From: Pseudomonadales bacterium
Lineage (GTDB): Bacteria; Pseudomonadota; Gammaproteobacteria; Pseudomonadales; Azotimanducaceae
Reading direction: 5' to 3'
DNA: 64,000 nt
Assembly: GCA_965116625.1 (NCBI GenBank)
Contig: OZ220717.1
Coordinates: forward strand, 2,262,441 to 2,326,440
Part shown: positions 42,894 to 52,536 of the stretch, one piece after another
How the letters are laid out: the number at the start of each line of letters is the position of its first letter
Numbering within the stretch: position 1 is the first letter of the stretch
Notes under the pieces: generated by a model
What the model was told of the DNA's origin: nothing
What the model saw: only the letters and a program-made list of their open reading frames with translations
Databases searched by the model: none
Program-made: the position numbers and the translations under genes

Positions 42894-43718
42894 ATGAAGC
42901 GACCGTACCCGTCACAGGCTTTGCCGGGATGGCTGAGGCACATCTTCCTTGTCGCGATGTTGGGGTCCGCAGGATGGCTTTGCGCCGATCTGCCGCCGGC
43001 AGACACCCTGACCCTTGAACTCGAATACGACGTGTTCATTCGGGGCGTTCGCGTGGGCGAGGCGCGGATTCATGCCGAAACCGGGGGTAGCGGCTATCGC
43101 GTTTGCGGAACCATGCAGACGACTGACGTCTGGGCGCGAATCGTGCCGTGGGAAACGCGCTTCGACGTCCGCGGCCGTATCGAAGGGGCCCGCGCCGTAC
43201 CGGAAGAGTTACGCATGCACGAACGCGCCCGGAAGAACAGGAGCCGCATCATCCATGTCGCCGGGGACGTGCTGCGCCAGGTACGGGACGGCGAGGCGCA
43301 GGATGACGAGCCGGCGCCGGAGGGTGTCGATCTCATGTCCTTCTTCTGGGTGACCGCGCAGTGCGATGCCGAACTCGTGCTGAACAACGGGCGCAAGACC
43401 TATCCGATGTCGCTGCGGGAACATGCGGTTGCCGATGACGGCTCCCTGAGGTGCGACTACGATGTCCTCCGTGACGGCCGCAAGCCGTCACCGGCGCGTT
43501 TCGACATCGTCGAGCGGCACGGGCGCCGGGTGCCGAAGACCGTCACGATGCCCGCCACATTGCGGCGGCAGCTAAGGCTGGTTGACGCATCGGTCGTGGA
43601 GGAAGCGTCCGGGGAGGCGGCGGATGCGTGTTCGCTGCCGGACTTCGCCGAACCGGATCCCGGGTCACATGCTGCGGGCGACAGGCCCCCGGAGACTGTT
43701 CATAATGCGCCCCTTTGA
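42894..43718 (+). CDS. Hypothetical exported protein (possibly DUF3108-like)
   Basis: N-terminal hydrophobic segment. LELEYDVFIRGVRVGEARIHAE resembles DUF3108 openings. Assignment is weak. Confidence 0.4.
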   Translation: MKRPYPSQALPGWLRHIFLVAMLGSAGWLCADLPPADTLTLELEYDVFIRGVRVGEARIHAETGGSGYRVCGTMQTTDVWARIVPWETRFDVRGRIEGARAVPEELRMHERARKNRSRIIHVAGDVLRQVRDGEAQDDEPAPEGVDLMSFFWVTAQCDAELVLNNGRKTYPMSLREHAVADDGSLRCDYDVLRDGRKPSPARFDIVERHGRRVPKTVTMPATLRRQLRLVDASVVEEASGEAADACSLPDFAEPDPGSHAAGDRPPETVHNAPL

Positions 43719-43812
43719 GCGCTCGGTGCGGACAACGGATGGGTTCTACTCGAACGCAGCGTGACAGTTTCCAGCGCCGTTCGCAGCATGGCTTCTTCGC
43801 GGGGATGAGGTC

Positions 43813-46800
43813 TTGAGCGACGCATATGTCGGAGGTGCGGCGCCGCGCGACGGCGGGTTGATCGAGTGGTTCGCCAACAACACCGTGGCGGCGAACCTGA
43901 TCATGCTGCTCATGCTCGTTGGCGGGTTCTTCGCCGGATCGGAACTGACGGCGCAGATATTTCCGACGGTCGATCCGCAGGTGATCACCGTCCGTGTGAC
44001 GTATCCGGGCGCCACGCCTTCCGAAGTGGAGGAAGGCATCACCCGGCGCGTGGAAGAAGCGGTGTTCGGGATAGATGGCGTCGAGCGCGTCCTTTCGGAG
44101 GCCTCCGAGAACGTCGGCAGGGTGACCGTCGAACTCAAGGACTTCGTCGATGCGGCGCGCGTCCACGACGATGTCGAGTCGGCCGTGCAGCGAATCTCCG
44201 ACTTTCCCCCGGAGGACGCTGAACAGCCGAGCGTCGTTCGCGCCGAGACCATCAGCGACGTCATGACGATGGTGGTGTCTTCCGAGTTGTCGGAAGCTGA
44301 ATTGAGGCGCGGCGCCGAAGCACTCGAAGAGGAACTGCTCGCCCTGCCTTCCGTTTCGCTGGTCTCGCTGGTGGGTGCCCGGGACTACGAGATATCCATC
44401 GAGGTGCGCGAGGAGGCGTTGCGCCGTCACAACCTGAGCATTCAACAGGTCGCCCAGGCCGTGGGTCGCGCGTCGCTCAACCTGTCGTCCGGCGAATTGC
44501 GCACGGAGGGCGGCGACCTGCTGTTGCGCACCAACGCCAAGCGGGAGCGCGGCGAGGAATTCGAGGACATAGTCATCCGGTCGGCTCCCGACGGGGCGGT
44601 GCTCAGGCTGCGCGATCTCGCCACGATTCGGGACGGCTTCGCTGACGTGGACCTCATTCACGAATACAACGGCCGGCAGAGCGTGTTCGTGCAGGTGCAG
44701 AAGTCCGAGGCCGAGGACGCGCTGGTGATCGCGGAAGATATCAAGGGACTGCTCGCGGGCTATCAGCCGCCTCCCGGTATCGACATAGCGGTGTGGGAGG
44801 ACCAGACGGAGATCCTCAAGGACCGCATCAGCCTGCTGGTGCGCAACGGCCTGCTCGGTTTTGCGCTGGTGTTCCTGTTCCTGGTGGTCATGCTGGACCT
44901 GCGGCTCGCGTTGTGGGTGGCGATGGGCGTGCCGATATCGTTCCTCGGCGCGTTCCTTTTCTTCGACTTTCTCGACGTGAACATCAACATGGTGTCGCTG
45001 TTCGCCCTGATCATGGTCATCGGCATCGTCGTCGATGACGCGGTGGTGGTGGGGGAGAACATCTCCTCCCAATGGGACGCCGGCAATGTGGGTCCGGAGG
45101 CCTCGATCGCGGGAACGCGCGGGGTACAGGGTCCGGTGCTGGTCGGCGTCCTGACCACCATGGCGGCGTTCGCGCCGCTGTCGTTCGTTACGGGAACGTT
45201 CGGCCAGATTCTCGGCGTGGTCCCGCTGGTGGTGGTTACGGTACTTGCCATGTCGCTCATCGAAGCGTTTTTCATCCTGCCCGCGCACCTGGCGCATCCG
45301 GGAACCTGGAGCCGCTGGCCGCTCGACACGTTCCAGGCAACGGTGGCGGCCACGGTTCGACGCTTTCGGGACGATTGGCTGGTGCCGGTCATCGAACGCG
45401 CCGTCCGGCGTCGCTACATGACGCTGCTCGGCGCGTTGCTGCTGCTCGCTGTGGCGGGTTTGCTGATGCTGAGCGGAACGGTGAGGTTCCTGTTCTTCCC
45501 GACGCTGGAATCTGACCTGATGCGAGCGGACATCGAGTTCCCGGTGGGAACGCCGTTCGCGGTGACGCGTGCGGCCGCAGAAACGATCGCCGCCGCCGCG
45601 CACGCCGTCAACGAAGATGTGGGCGGGACGTCGATGCGCGCCTTGAGCGTGACCGTGGGCGGGCGGCCGGGGGAATTCACTGGGCCGGGCGGTACCCAGG
45701 CGATGATGGTGGCGAGCCACGTCGCCGCAATACAGGTGCAACTGCATCGTGAACCGTTGCGCACGCTGGCGGCAACCGAACTGGAACGCCTTTGGCGTGC
45801 GAAAGTAGGCGACGTGGCCGGCGCCGAGCGGTTGACGTTCTCGGCGGAGTTTGTCGGCCCCGGCGGGGCAGACGTGGAATACGAACTGGCCCACCAGGAC
45901 GACGCGACGCTCTCGGCGGCGGTGGACGACCTCAAGGACGCCTATCGACAGTATCCGTCGATGTACGAGATCCAGGACTCCGACAGTCCCGGCAAGCGGC
46001 AGTACGACATCGAACTGACACCCGCCGGCGAGGCTGCCGGACTCACCCCGGCCGATGTCGCGCGGCAACTGCGCGGCAACTTCTTCGGCGCCGAGGTGCA
46101 TCGCATCCAGCGGGGCCGCCAGGAACTGAAGGTCATGGTGCGCTATCCGCCGGAACAGCGGCAGAGCGCGCAGGACTTCTTTAACGTCAGGGTCCGCCTG
46201 GCGGATGGTGCCGAAGCGCCCCTGTCGGCGGTCGCGCGCGTCACCGAGTCCCGCGGTTACTCATCCATCAACAGGGTCAACGGCCTGCGGGTGGTTACCG
46301 TCACCGGTGAGGTGGACACCGCGTTGGCGACACCGACGGACGTGAATGCCAGGATTCAGCGGGACGTGCTGCCCGACCTGGCGCGGCGCTACCCGGGATT
46401 ACAGGTTGCGCAGGCGGGTTTCGGCATGGAACAGTCCCGTGACCTGGGTGCCCTGGGACACCTGACGCTCGTGGCGCTGCTGGTGATCTTCGCCCTGCTG
46501 GCGTCGCAGCTTCGAAGCTACGTGCAGCCATTCATCATCCTGGCGGCGGTGCCTTTCGGCGCGGGAGGCGCGCTGATCGGCCATTTCCTGCTCGGTTACG
46601 ACCTGTCGTTCATATCGATCTTCGGCATGGTGGCGCTCGCCGGCGTGGTAGTGAACGACTCGCTGGTGCTGGTCGACCGCTACAACAGGCTGCGCCGGGA
46701 AACGGGGGCATCGGCGATCGAGTGCGTGGTGACCGCCGCGCGACTGCGTTTTCGGGCTGTTTTCCTTACCACCGCTACCACCGCCCTCGGCCTGACCCCG

Positions 46801-46962
46801 ATGCTGTTCGAGACCAGCACCCAGGCCCAGTTCCTGATCCCGATGGCAGTCAGCCTGGCGACCGGCATCGTGTTCGCAAGCGTCGTCATCCTGTTCCTGG
46901 TGCCCGCCCTGGTGATCATCAGGGAAGACTTCCATGGAACAAATGTCTCGGGGAGCACTTAG
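43813..46962 (+). CDS. RND-family efflux transporter, inner-membrane subunit
   Basis: LIEWFANNTVAANLIMLLMLVGG; VNINMVSLFALIMVIGIVVDDAVVVGENI; 12-TM architecture with two large loops. TTG start. Confidence 0.9.
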   Translation: MSDAYVGGAAPRDGGLIEWFANNTVAANLIMLLMLVGGFFAGSELTAQIFPTVDPQVITVRVTYPGATPSEVEEGITRRVEEAVFGIDGVERVLSEASENVGRVTVELKDFVDAARVHDDVESAVQRISDFPPEDAEQPSVVRAETISDVMTMVVSSELSEAELRRGAEALEEELLALPSVSLVSLVGARDYEISIEVREEALRRHNLSIQQVAQAVGRASLNLSSGELRTEGGDLLLRTNAKRERGEEFEDIVIRSAPDGAVLRLRDLATIRDGFADVDLIHEYNGRQSVFVQVQKSEAEDALVIAEDIKGLLAGYQPPPGIDIAVWEDQTEILKDRISLLVRNGLLGFALVFLFLVVMLDLRLALWVAMGVPISFLGAFLFFDFLDVNINMVSLFALIMVIGIVVDDAVVVGENISSQWDAGNVGPEASIAGTRGVQGPVLVGVLTTMAAFAPLSFVTGTFGQILGVVPLVVVTVLAMSLIEAFFILPAHLAHPGTWSRWPLDTFQATVAATVRRFRDDWLVPVIERAVRRRYMTLLGALLLLAVAGLLMLSGTVRFLFFPTLESDLMRADIEFPVGTPFAVTRAAAETIAAAAHAVNEDVGGTSMRALSVTVGGRPGEFTGPGGTQAMMVASHVAAIQVQLHREPLRTLAATELERLWRAKVGDVAGAERLTFSAEFVGPGGADVEYELAHQDDATLSAAVDDLKDAYRQYPSMYEIQDSDSPGKRQYDIELTPAGEAAGLTPADVARQLRGNFFGAEVHRIQRGRQELKVMVRYPPEQRQSAQDFFNVRVRLADGAEAPLSAVARVTESRGYSSINRVNGLRVVTVTGEVDTALATPTDVNARIQRDVLPDLARRYPGLQVAQAGFGMEQSRDLGALGHLTLVALLVIFALLASQLRSYVQPFIILAAVPFGAGGALIGHFLLGYDLSFISIFGMVALAGVVVNDSLVLVDRYNRLRRETGASAIECVVTAARLRFRAVFLTTATTALGLTPMLFETSTQAQFLIPMAVSLATGIVFASVVILFLVPALVIIREDFHGTNVSGST

Positions 46963-47068
46963 CGACCCGGGGCACTTGTTCCATGGTCGACGAGCGGGGC
47001 CGGGCCACAGGCGAAGCCGAAGGCGCCGGCTGTGGGGCATTCCATGGAACAGACGTCACCGGGGAGCA
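46930..47068. repeat. Three copies of a roughly 22-29 bp motif headed by the palindrome TTCCATGG (46930, 46979, 47040)
   Basis: ttccatggaacaaatgtctcggggagca / ttccatggtcgacgagcggggc / ttccatggaacagacgtcaccggggagca. The first copy encodes the last residues of the RND protein. Confidence 0.6.
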
Positions 47069-47134
47069 TCCTCCCCCGGAGGAATTGGGACATTCACCAC
47101 CGGAGGGGGCCGCAGCGTAACGCAGGCGGCGGCC

Positions 47135-48346
47135 TCAGGGCCGGTATGACACCCGGGCGAGGTTGTATCCGACCCGCGAGAGGACGGAGAAGATGGTGGC
47201 GGAACTGAGGTCACGACGCGGGGCCGGAATCAACGCGGTGGCCTCCAGGTCTTCGATCGCTGTCAGCGTTCGCTGCAGGCTGACTTCGGCAAGTTCGTAG
47301 CTCCGTTCGTCGTTCAGGTCCAGCCCGCCGCACGTGATGACGGCCGTTATCAGGCGACCGAGGATGTTCTGGCGATACAGCCCCCAGCAGTCTTCGAATG
47401 TGAGGTCCTTCGCTCCCAGGGTGCGGACGATGTCGTGATATTCACCAAGCGCTTCGCGCTCGACTTCGCGTCGGACATCGCTCGCCACGCTGGTCGCGAG
47501 AAAATAGGCGACGTCATACAGACTGCTCTGGATCGCACTGACCTGCCAGTCGATGACGGCAAACGCTTCCCCGTCGCCGAAGAACATGTTGTCGAGGCGA
47601 TAGTCCCCGTGGCAGAACGTCAGGGGACCAGCGGCGAGGATGCCCATGTGCTCGGCCACGTGCGGGCCGTAGGCTTCGGCGAACCGCCGCATTTCCGCCG
47701 AGAAGATCCCACCGAAATGGCGAAGCGTTGGCAGCAGGTTCGAGAGATAGACGATCTGCACCAGGGGCCTGTATTGGGGGCTCAGTTCCTGGCGGGCACC
47801 TGACAGTTCCGGCTGGTCGACCTTGTTCCAGTAGTGGCCATGCAGCCTCGCAATCCCGCGGATGGCGCGTTTCGCCTGCTCGGCGCTCGCACCGACAATC
47901 TGGTCAGCGGTCGCCATGGCGCGCAGGTCTTCGAGGACGAGGACAAACCGGTCGGTTCGGGGTTCATAGTCGCCGTATAGCAACGTCGGCGTTCGTAACG
48001 GGACGTTCGGCGCGAGACTGCGGTAGTAGTCGCACTCACGCTTGTACAGGTAGAAGCGCTTGCACAGGCGCCGGCTCTTCGGTTCTGAACTGGGGAGCTT
48101 CACGACGACGGTCCCGGGCGGTTCCGGCCGCCCCGGAGCGTCGCCTTGCGATTCGCCGACGGCATCGCCATAGGTCAGGCGGCAGCGGAAGAGGTCGGCG
48201 AGCAGGCCCAGCCCGGTCCCGATGGTTTCGGCTTCGACGCTCTTGATTGGCGGAACGTCCAGTGCACCCCCCGCCGAGAGCGCCTGCTGCATCCAGTCGG
48301 CGGTGATGGCGTCGCCGCCGCCGGGTATTGCCGGACCGTCCGTCAT
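47135..48346 (-). CDS. Aminoglycoside/choline-kinase-like phosphotransferase (APH/CHK fold)
   Basis: Catalytic loop FCHGDYRLDNMFF and VIDWQ. Start chosen at MTDGPAIPGG; the longest ORF would abut the divergent adaptor gene with only a 3-nt gap. Confidence 0.75.
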   Translation of the reverse strand: MTDGPAIPGGGDAITADWMQQALSAGGALDVPPIKSVEAETIGTGLGLLADLFRCRLTYGDAVGESQGDAPGRPEPPGTVVVKLPSSEPKSRRLCKRFYLYKRECDYYRSLAPNVPLRTPTLLYGDYEPRTDRFVLVLEDLRAMATADQIVGASAEQAKRAIRGIARLHGHYWNKVDQPELSGARQELSPQYRPLVQIVYLSNLLPTLRHFGGIFSAEMRRFAEAYGPHVAEHMGILAAGPLTFCHGDYRLDNMFFGDGEAFAVIDWQVSAIQSSLYDVAYFLATSVASDVRREVEREALGEYHDIVRTLGAKDLTFEDCWGLYRQNILGRLITAVITCGGLDLNDERSYELAEVSLQRTLTAIEDLEATALIPAPRRDLSSATIFSVLSRVGYNLARVSYRP

Positions 48347-48481
48347 GCGTGCGGGCATCCCGTCAGCCCAGGAGATTTGCCTATCTGACCAAGTCTCCGC
48401 AGGTTTGTCGACACCGGGGTGTGATCGCTGCCCGGGCGTTTGCGATAATCCGTTGCGTCTGGTTGTGGGTTCGGACATCGA

Positions 48482-49672
48482 ATGGCTTTGCTCGGCAACA
48501 TATTCAATCGGCGTCGTTCCGGGGCGGGTGCTGGCGATCGACCGCCCGGCGTTCGCCGTAGCGCCGTGGGTCCGGTCCAGATACTGGCCGTGGCGGCAGT
48601 AGTCATCGTGGCCCTGTTCTTTTCCCGCGCTCCCTCGAAGGAGGACGTGCTGGGAGCCGAAGGGTCGAGCAGCTTCGGGCGGACGGCGCCGCCACCCGTA
48701 GTCCGCGTGATTCAGCCGACATCGTCGAACACGGCGCTCACGGTCGTCACGACCGGCTCGGTGCACGTGCGCAACCATGTCGGTCTGAGCCCGCAGATCA
48801 CCGGCCGCGTGGCGGTCGTTTCGCCCAACCTGAGGGCGGGCGGATCGTTTGCCGCCGGCGAGGAACTGCTGGTCATCGACCCGAGCGATTTCGAACTGGC
48901 GGTGGAACAGGCGCAGGCGGATGTCGAGTCAGCCGAGTCCACGCTCCTGCTCCAGCAGGCCGAAGGCGATGCCGCGCGTCTCAACTATGCCATCCTGCAT
49001 GCGGGTGAAGCGGTTCCGCCGCTTGTCGCGCGCGTTCCCCAGATCGAACAGGCGAAAGCGATGGTCGCTTCGGCTCGGGCGCGGGCGAAGGTGGCTGCGC
49101 TCGAACTGTCCCGCACGCGCTTTTCGCTGCCGTTCGCCGGCCGCGTCACGGAGGCGGCGGCGGAGGCCGGACAGTTGCTCACCAAGGGCCAGTCGTTCGG
49201 GAGGGCGTTCGCGCTCGATGCGGTGGAAGCGATGGGTTTCATTGCCCAGGACGACCTGCGCCGCATATCGCCCGCAGTCGGGCGCCGGGCGTCGGTTCGC
49301 GCGGGTAGCACGGTGTTGTCGGCTTCGGTGGAACGCGTTTCTGCGGAACTCGACGAGCGGACGCGTTTCGCGAGGGTGTTCCTTTCCTTCGACGAAGTTC
49401 CGGAACTGCCTCCGGGCACCTTCGTCGACATCGAGATCGAAGGTCCTCCGATGGCGAATACCTTTACGCTGCCGGAGGCAGCCGAACAGGTCGGCGCCGA
49501 GGTCTGGATCGTGGATGAAGGGCGGCTCGATGTCGTCCGCCCCACAGTTCTCGGGCGGGACGGTGCGGGCATCGTGGTGGACGCTTTCGACTATGCGGAT
49601 GGTGTCGTCATCGGCGCGGTGCCCGGCGCGCGGCAAGGCCTGTCCGTTGTGACCGCCGGTCCGGACGCGTGA
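48482..49672 (+). CDS. RND efflux periplasmic adaptor (membrane-fusion protein)
   Basis: N-terminal anchor ILAVAAVVIVALFF, a coiled-coil hairpin DFELAVEQAQADVESAESTLLL...AKVAALELSRTRF, and beta-barrel domains. Confidence 0.8.
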   Translation: MALLGNIFNRRRSGAGAGDRPPGVRRSAVGPVQILAVAAVVIVALFFSRAPSKEDVLGAEGSSSFGRTAPPPVVRVIQPTSSNTALTVVTTGSVHVRNHVGLSPQITGRVAVVSPNLRAGGSFAAGEELLVIDPSDFELAVEQAQADVESAESTLLLQQAEGDAARLNYAILHAGEAVPPLVARVPQIEQAKAMVASARARAKVAALELSRTRFSLPFAGRVTEAAAEAGQLLTKGQSFGRAFALDAVEAMGFIAQDDLRRISPAVGRRASVRAGSTVLSASVERVSAELDERTRFARVFLSFDEVPELPPGTFVDIEIEGPPMANTFTLPEAAEQVGAEVWIVDEGRLDVVRPTVLGRDGAGIVVDAFDYADGVVIGAVPGARQGLSVVTAGPDA

Positions 49673-49687
49673 GTACCCCCTCCGACG

Positions 49688-50470
49688 ATGCCCTGCGCCA
49701 GCACATCGACTCCAGCGCTGCTCCGCTCCATTGACCGCTCGGAGCAGCGTCGGGCACTCGGCCTGCGCCCGCCGCTACCTTTTGTCGGAGAGGATGTCTG
49801 GAACTGTTACGAATTGTCCTGGCTGAGGGAAGGCGGTGTGCCCATGGTTGGCGCACTGCGGATCAGGGTGCCCTGCGCAACGTCCGCGACGGTCGAAAGC
49901 AAGTCGCTCAAGCAGTATCTCAACGCTTTCTCCCAGGCGTCTTTCCCGAAGGAAGCCGATATCCTCGCTGTTATCCGGGCAGATCTGTCCGCCCTGTTCG
50001 GGGTGTGTGCGGACGTGTCCATGGTGGCGTTGAGCGGCCCGAGGCTCCCCGACACGATGCCGGGCCAGTCACTCGACAACGAACGCGTCGAGGTCGGGAC
50101 GTACGAACGTGACGCCAGCCTGCTGGATGACGCATGCGGGGAACGGCTCGTGGAACGATCGGTATACACGGACCTGTTCGCATCGCTGTGTCCAGTTACC
50201 GGGTGGCCCGACTGGGCATCGTTGCTCATCTCTTACCGGGGCCCGGAAATCGATCGCGGGCAGCTACTCGGGTATCTCGTTTCCTACCGGCGTCACCGCG
50301 CCTTTCACGAGACCGTCATCGAGCAGATATTCGTCGACATCATGGCGCGATGCGGTTGCGAGCGCCTGACCGTCTACGGCCGATTCCTGCGCCGGGGAGG
50401 GATAGACATTAATCCGTTCCGGTCCACGCACCGGTCTTGCCCGCCGGAGATTCGACTCGCGCGCCAATAG
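49688..50470 (+). CDS. queF: NADPH-dependent 7-cyano-7-deazaguanine reductase, bimodular type
   Basis: PFVGEDVWNCYELSWL, ESKSLKQYLNAF, LCPVTGWPDWASLLISY, AFHE. Confidence 0.85.
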   Translation: MPCASTSTPALLRSIDRSEQRRALGLRPPLPFVGEDVWNCYELSWLREGGVPMVGALRIRVPCATSATVESKSLKQYLNAFSQASFPKEADILAVIRADLSALFGVCADVSMVALSGPRLPDTMPGQSLDNERVEVGTYERDASLLDDACGERLVERSVYTDLFASLCPVTGWPDWASLLISYRGPEIDRGQLLGYLVSYRRHRAFHETVIEQIFVDIMARCGCERLTVYGRFLRRGGIDINPFRSTHRSCPPEIRLARQ

Positions 50471-50481
50471 GGCAGCAGGAA

Positions 50482-51300
50482 TCAGTAGTACACCGACCTG
50501 CTGCCGCCGCCATCGGCGGCAATCACTTCGCCGTTGACGGCCCAGGCCTTCTCGGAGCAGAGGAACACCGCGAGGTGGCCGATCTCGGCCGCGTCCACCA
50601 TGCGTCCGATGGAATTGCTTCGCGGGTTGTCCGGGGCGAAATCGCGGGCTTCCACCTGTGCGGGCGTCGTGCCAGCCTCTTTCGCTCTCGCCTCCAGCAC
50701 CACGGCAGTGCGTTCCGTGCGCGTGGCGCCGGGATGGATGCAGTTGACGGTGATACCGTCGCGTCCTAACTGCAGGGCGAGGGTGCGCGTGAGGTGCACG
50801 AGGGATGCGTTCCTGGCACCGCCGCTCATGTTGCCGGCGGTGCGCGCGTTGAGGCCGCTGATGTTGACGATCCTGCCCCAGCCCGCAGCCTTGAGGTGGG
50901 GGATCGCCGCCCGGGCGCAGCGCAGGGCGCCCAGGTACTTCGTATCGAAATCGTCCAGGAAATCATCGTCTACGATGGTATCTATCCGGCCTGTCGCCGT
51001 GGGCGAGCCCCCGGGCCGGGAGCCGCTGTTGATAAGGATGTTGAGCCCGCCGAGTTCCCGGGCGGTGTTGTCGATGACTGCGTCGACGCGCTCTCGGTCC
51101 CTTACGTCCAGGGGCATCGGCACTACGCGCCGTCCGGTCGCCGTGCTGATCTCGCGTGCGGTTCGCGCAAGTTCGTCCCCGGTCCGGGCGCTCAGGACGA
51201 GATCGACGCCTTCGCGGGCGAGTTCCAGCGCGATCGCCTTCCCGATCCCGCGGCTGCCTCCGACCACGACACCACGTTTGCCCGCCAGTCCAAGATCCAT
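50482..51300 (-). CDS. Short-chain dehydrogenase/reductase
   Basis: GKRGVVVGGSRGIGKAIA. Only the last 272 codons of the 1378-aa track ORF are credible. Confidence 0.85.
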   Translation of the reverse strand: MDLGLAGKRGVVVGGSRGIGKAIALELAREGVDLVLSARTGDELARTAREISTATGRRVVPMPLDVRDRERVDAVIDNTARELGGLNILINSGSRPGGSPTATGRIDTIVDDDFLDDFDTKYLGALRCARAAIPHLKAAGWGRIVNISGLNARTAGNMSGGARNASLVHLTRTLALQLGRDGITVNCIHPGATRTERTAVVLEARAKEAGTTPAQVEARDFAPDNPRSNSIGRMVDAAEIGHLAVFLCSEKAWAVNGEVIAADGGGSRSVYY

Positions 51301-51441
51301 CTGCGATTCCCCGTAACGGAAGTCGATACGGTCATTGAATACCCCGGACCGGCCAATGATCAACCGCGCACCCGGCGTGAGGTATAGTGAACCGATCGGC
51401 GCGTCCACCACCGCCGGCCCTGGCAAGCCAACCCCGCGATC

Positions 51442-52530
51442 ATGAAAGTCACCCATATCACCCACACACCCCTCGACATCGGCAAGGGCCTGCTGCGCGT
51501 GCAGACCGATGCCGGAGTGGAAGGCCACGCGGAAGTCCCGGGCCGTCACGGCGTGGTATTCGACGCCTACCTCGAGAGTGCGATAAGGCCGGCGCTCGTG
51601 GGTGAGGACCCGCGCGCAGTCGATCGGCACTGGGAGACATTCGCCCTGGGGCGGGGCGAGCGCTTCTACAAGCTGCCGGGCTGGGCCGTCGGCGCGGTCG
51701 ACGTCGCGTTGTGGGATCTCCTGGGCAAGGACACGGGGATGCCGGTGCACATGCTGATGGGCGGTGCCAGGAGGCTGGAGATTCCCCTGTACTGGAGCAC
51801 CGGGTCGGGGTGGCGGATGGATCCGGAAGAGATGCTGCGCCTTGTGCAGAACGGTCGCGAACAGGGATTCCGGGCATTCAAGATCCGCATGGACTGGCGC
51901 GGCTGGCGCCAGGATATCGACCCGGCCAAGGACTACAGCATGTTCAAGCTTGTGCGGGAATACCTGTCCGGAGGGGAGTATCTCGGATTCGATGCCAACT
52001 GCGGCTACTCGGTGTCCACCGCCATCCAACAGGGACGTCGTTTCGAGGAACTCGGTATCGACCATTTCGAGGAGCCGATTCCGCACTACGACCTGCCCGG
52101 GCTGAAGCAGGTGAGCGACGCCCTGGATGTCGCCGTCTCGGCCGGCGAGCAGGATGCCTTTCGCTGGTGGTTCCATCACCTGGTGCTGCTCGGCAACCCG
52201 GACATCCTGCAGCCCGACATCCTCAATGCCGGCGGTCCGAGCGAGGTAAAGCGCATCTACGAGATGGCGACCGTGCTCGACAAGCCCGTCATGCCCCACA
52301 GTCCCCAGGCGGGGATCAACTCCATGGCGTCGCTGCATGTCTACGCGACGGTGCAGAACGCCACCCGGCCGCACGAATTCTCCATCGAGTTCTCCGGTCC
52401 TCTCGATAACGTGGCCGACCTGTACGGGGAATCGGTTTTGCCGAAGGACGGGGTCGCACGGCTTGGCGACGCGCCGGGACTCGGCATCGAACTCAACGAG
52501 GCCGCGGTTGAGCGGCTGACGGTTCGCTGA
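51442..52530 (+). CDS. Enolase-superfamily enzyme (mandelate racemase / muconate lactonizing / acid-sugar dehydratase type)
   Basis: FKIRMDWRG, metal-ligand contexts GFDANCGY, IDHFEEPI, SAGEQD. Confidence 0.85.
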   Translation: MKVTHITHTPLDIGKGLLRVQTDAGVEGHAEVPGRHGVVFDAYLESAIRPALVGEDPRAVDRHWETFALGRGERFYKLPGWAVGAVDVALWDLLGKDTGMPVHMLMGGARRLEIPLYWSTGSGWRMDPEEMLRLVQNGREQGFRAFKIRMDWRGWRQDIDPAKDYSMFKLVREYLSGGEYLGFDANCGYSVSTAIQQGRRFEELGIDHFEEPIPHYDLPGLKQVSDALDVAVSAGEQDAFRWWFHHLVLLGNPDILQPDILNAGGPSEVKRIYEMATVLDKPVMPHSPQAGINSMASLHVYATVQNATRPHEFSIEFSGPLDNVADLYGESVLPKDGVARLGDAPGLGIELNEAAVERLTVR

Positions 52531-52536
52531 CCGGAA

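Noticed and set aside
43543-46101. 852-aa minus-strand ORF
   Set aside because: It is antisense to the RND transporter gene, whose translation carries canonical RND blocks. The antisense peptide is rich in R, H, Q and E and has low complexity.
48347-48778. Longer versions of the phosphotransferase ORF (starts at 48778 or 48478)
   Set aside because: They would overlap, or lie within 3 nt of, the divergent adaptor gene start (48482). They add an R/G/H-rich extension with no similarity to the kinase fold.
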